DNA of 64,000 nucleotides from an uncultured bacterium (lineage in GTDB: Bacteria; Pseudomonadota; Alphaproteobacteria; MED-G09): assembly GCA_964001285.1 (NCBI GenBank), contig CAXFAF010000007.1, positions 8,255 to 72,254 of the forward strand. The letters run 5' to 3'. This document shows, piece after piece, positions 62,512-64,000 of the stretch. The notes under the pieces were generated by a model that was given only the letters and a program-made list of their open reading frames with translations, was not told the origin of the DNA and searched no databases. Numbering within the stretch: the stretch's first letter is position 1; every line of letters starts with the position of its first letter. The position numbers were made by a program, and so were the translations under genes.

Positions 62512-62724
62512 TTATTCCTTTTTTGATGTTTTTAAAACAAATACTCTAACAGCAGAGGCTAGGCTACCAAGCCTTTCATTTGTGTCAATTTCTTCAATTA
62601 ATTGATCTATTGTTTTGGATTGTTTGATTGCAATTTTTTGAAGTTCTTTCCAAAACTCTTTTTCTAAGGCTAAACTAGTTATATGGCCGTTAAGTTTAAC
62701 GGTCTTTTTTATTTGATTATCCAT
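62512..62724 (-). CDS. ribbon-helix-helix domain protein (RHH_4-like)
   Basis: 70 aa. VKLNGHITSLALEKEFWKELQKIAIKQSKTIDQLIEEID ... SLASAVRVFVL pattern typical of the small RHH family commonly found downstream of fumC in alphaproteobacteria. Confidence 0.5.
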   Translation of the reverse strand: MDNQIKKTVKLNGHITSLALEKEFWKELQKIAIKQSKTIDQLIEEIDTNERLGSLASAVRVFVLKTSKKE

Positions 62725-62725
62725 C

Positions 62726-64000
62726 TTATGATGGCTTAATCATTTTTTCAGGCCTAACAATTCTTTCGTAATCTTTTTTGGATATATATCCTAGTTTAAT
62801 TGCTTCTTCTTTTAGGGTGGTGCCATTTTTATGTGCTTTTTTTGCGATTTCGCTAGCTTTATCGTAGCCTATTACTGGAGCCAAAGCAGTTACAAGCATT
62901 AAAGAATTATTTAAATGTTTTTGAATTGTTTTTTTGTTTGGCTTTATTCCTGAAACACAATTCTTTTCAAAACTTTTGCAGCCATCAGAAAGGAGTTTTA
63001 TAGATTGCAAGAGATTATATGCAATAAGAGGTTTAAAAACATTTAACTCAAAGTGTCCTTGGCTACTCCCAATTGTAATTGATGTATGATTCCCCATAAC
63101 TTGAGTACAAAGCATTGTCATTGCCTCACATTGAGTCGGATTAACTTTACCTGGCATAATTGAAGAACCTGGTTCATTTTCTGGAATCTCAATCTCACCT
63201 AATCCTGCTCTAGGGCCAGAACCTAGCAGCCTAATGTCATTTGCTATTTTAAATAATGAGCTAGCAACGGTATTCAATGATCCTGAAAATTCAAGCAATG
63301 CATCATGAGCAGCTAGAACTTCAAATTTATTTTCTGAGGTTTTAAAGTTTATTTTTAAAATTGAACTACATTCTCTAGCAAATTTCTTGTCAAAGCCTTT
63401 TTTGGTATTTAAACCTGTTCCGACAGCTGTACCACCTTGAGCCAAACACATCACATCCTCTAAAGATTTTTCAATTCGTAAAATGCCGTTCTTGATTTGG
63501 GAATGATAACCAGAAAATTCTTGCCCTAAGGTAACCGGAGTAGCATCTTGAAGGTGGGTTCTTCCAATTTTTACTATATTTTGAAAATTGTTTGATTTCT
63601 TTTTCAAAGAAGAACTCAGTTTTTCTAATGCTGGTATTAGTTCATTAAGAGTTTCCATTGCGCAAGCAATATGCATTGCAGTTGGAAAAGTATCATTAGA
63701 AGATTGTGACATATTGCAATGATCATTGGGATGAACAGGATCTTTTGATCCTTTTTTTCCTCCAAGCATTTCTATGGCTCTATTGGAAATAACTTCATTA
63801 GCATTCATATTAGTTTGGGTCCCAGAACCTGTTTGCCAAACGGAAAGAGGGAAGTGATTATCTAATTTTCCGGCAATTACCTCTTTTGATGCCCTAATTA
63901 TCGCATTAGCTATTTTTCTATCTAGCTTTCCTTGAGAATGATTTACTTTTGCAGCAGCTAATTTAATGACACCTAATGCCTTAATTAGCGATTTAGGAAA
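62726..64000 (-). CDS. fumC: fumarate hydratase class II; 5' end beyond window
   Basis: The minus-strand frame is open to the window edge. Signature [17 protein letters not shown] (fumarate lyase motif). Upstream region [24 protein letters not shown] is typical of FumC. The track ORF from 63808 is only the first internal Met. Confidence 0.85.
   Translation of the reverse strand, partial: FPKSLIKALGVIKLAAAKVNHSQGKLDRKIANAIIRASKEVIAGKLDNHFPLSVWQTGSGTQTNMNANEVISNRAIEMLGGKKGSKDPVHPNDHCNMSQSSNDTFPTAMHIACAMETLNELIPALEKLSSSLKKKSNNFQNIVKIGRTHLQDATPVTLGQEFSGYHSQIKNGILRIEKSLEDVMCLAQGGTAVGTGLNTKKGFDKKFARECSSILKINFKTSENKFEVLAAHDALLEFSGSLNTVASSLFKIANDIRLLGSGPRAGLGEIEIPENEPGSSIMPGKVNPTQCEAMTMLCTQVMGNHTSITIGSSQGHFELNVFKPLIAYNLLQSIKLLSDGCKSFEKNCVSGIKPNKKTIQKHLNNSLMLVTALAPVIGYDKASEIAKKAHKNGTTLKEEAIKLGYISKKDYERIVRPEKMIKPS

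Noticed and set aside
62726-63808. ORF-track start of fumC at Met 63808
   Set aside because: The frame remains open to the window edge and the upstream translation (…[24 protein letters not shown]) is conserved FumC sequence. The gene is 5'-truncated by the window, not started at 63808.

Overview
This window reads as a compact, AT-rich (roughly 30% GC by eye) alphaproteobacterial core-genome segment, probably from a streamlined marine lineage of the SAR11/Pelagibacterales type. That lineage call is inferred from gene order and content, not from a database search. Gene order matches conserved alphaproteobacterial synteny: ispH-thrB(APH-type)-rnhA, a tandem glycine riboswitch in front of gcvT-gcvH-gcvPA-gcvPB, then rnhB-ccrM, then a complete dcw cell-division/cell-wall cluster (mraZ through ftsZ) followed by lpxC-bamD-ligA. 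A type-A RNase P RNA (rnpB) sits directly upstream of mraZ. Genes are tightly packed, with many 1-17 nt start/stop overlaps. I saw no mobile elements, CRISPR arrays or tRNA genes. The parts not explained by housekeeping functions are these: (1) a block at 2.7-8.2 kb holding an unknown 364-aa protein translationally coupled to an APH-family kinase, a MAPEG-like membrane protein, an unusual Gfo/Idh/MocA–aldo/keto-reductase fusion and a convergent MBL-fold hydrolase; (2) a tandem pair of acyl-CoA dehydrogenase paralogues; (3) a 1041-aa Oar-like TonB-dependent receptor in an operon with a Tat-signal PhoD-family phosphatase, preceded by an unusually long 290-bp intergenic region; (4) candidate regulatory DNA, namely three 10-bp-phased CCCAT repeats plus a GANTC site upstream of mraZ, and two GANTC sites plus a CtrA-like TTAA-N7-TTGA element upstream of ccrM. 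Nothing here is a clear-cut novel defence or secretion system. These are the observations I would examine first.
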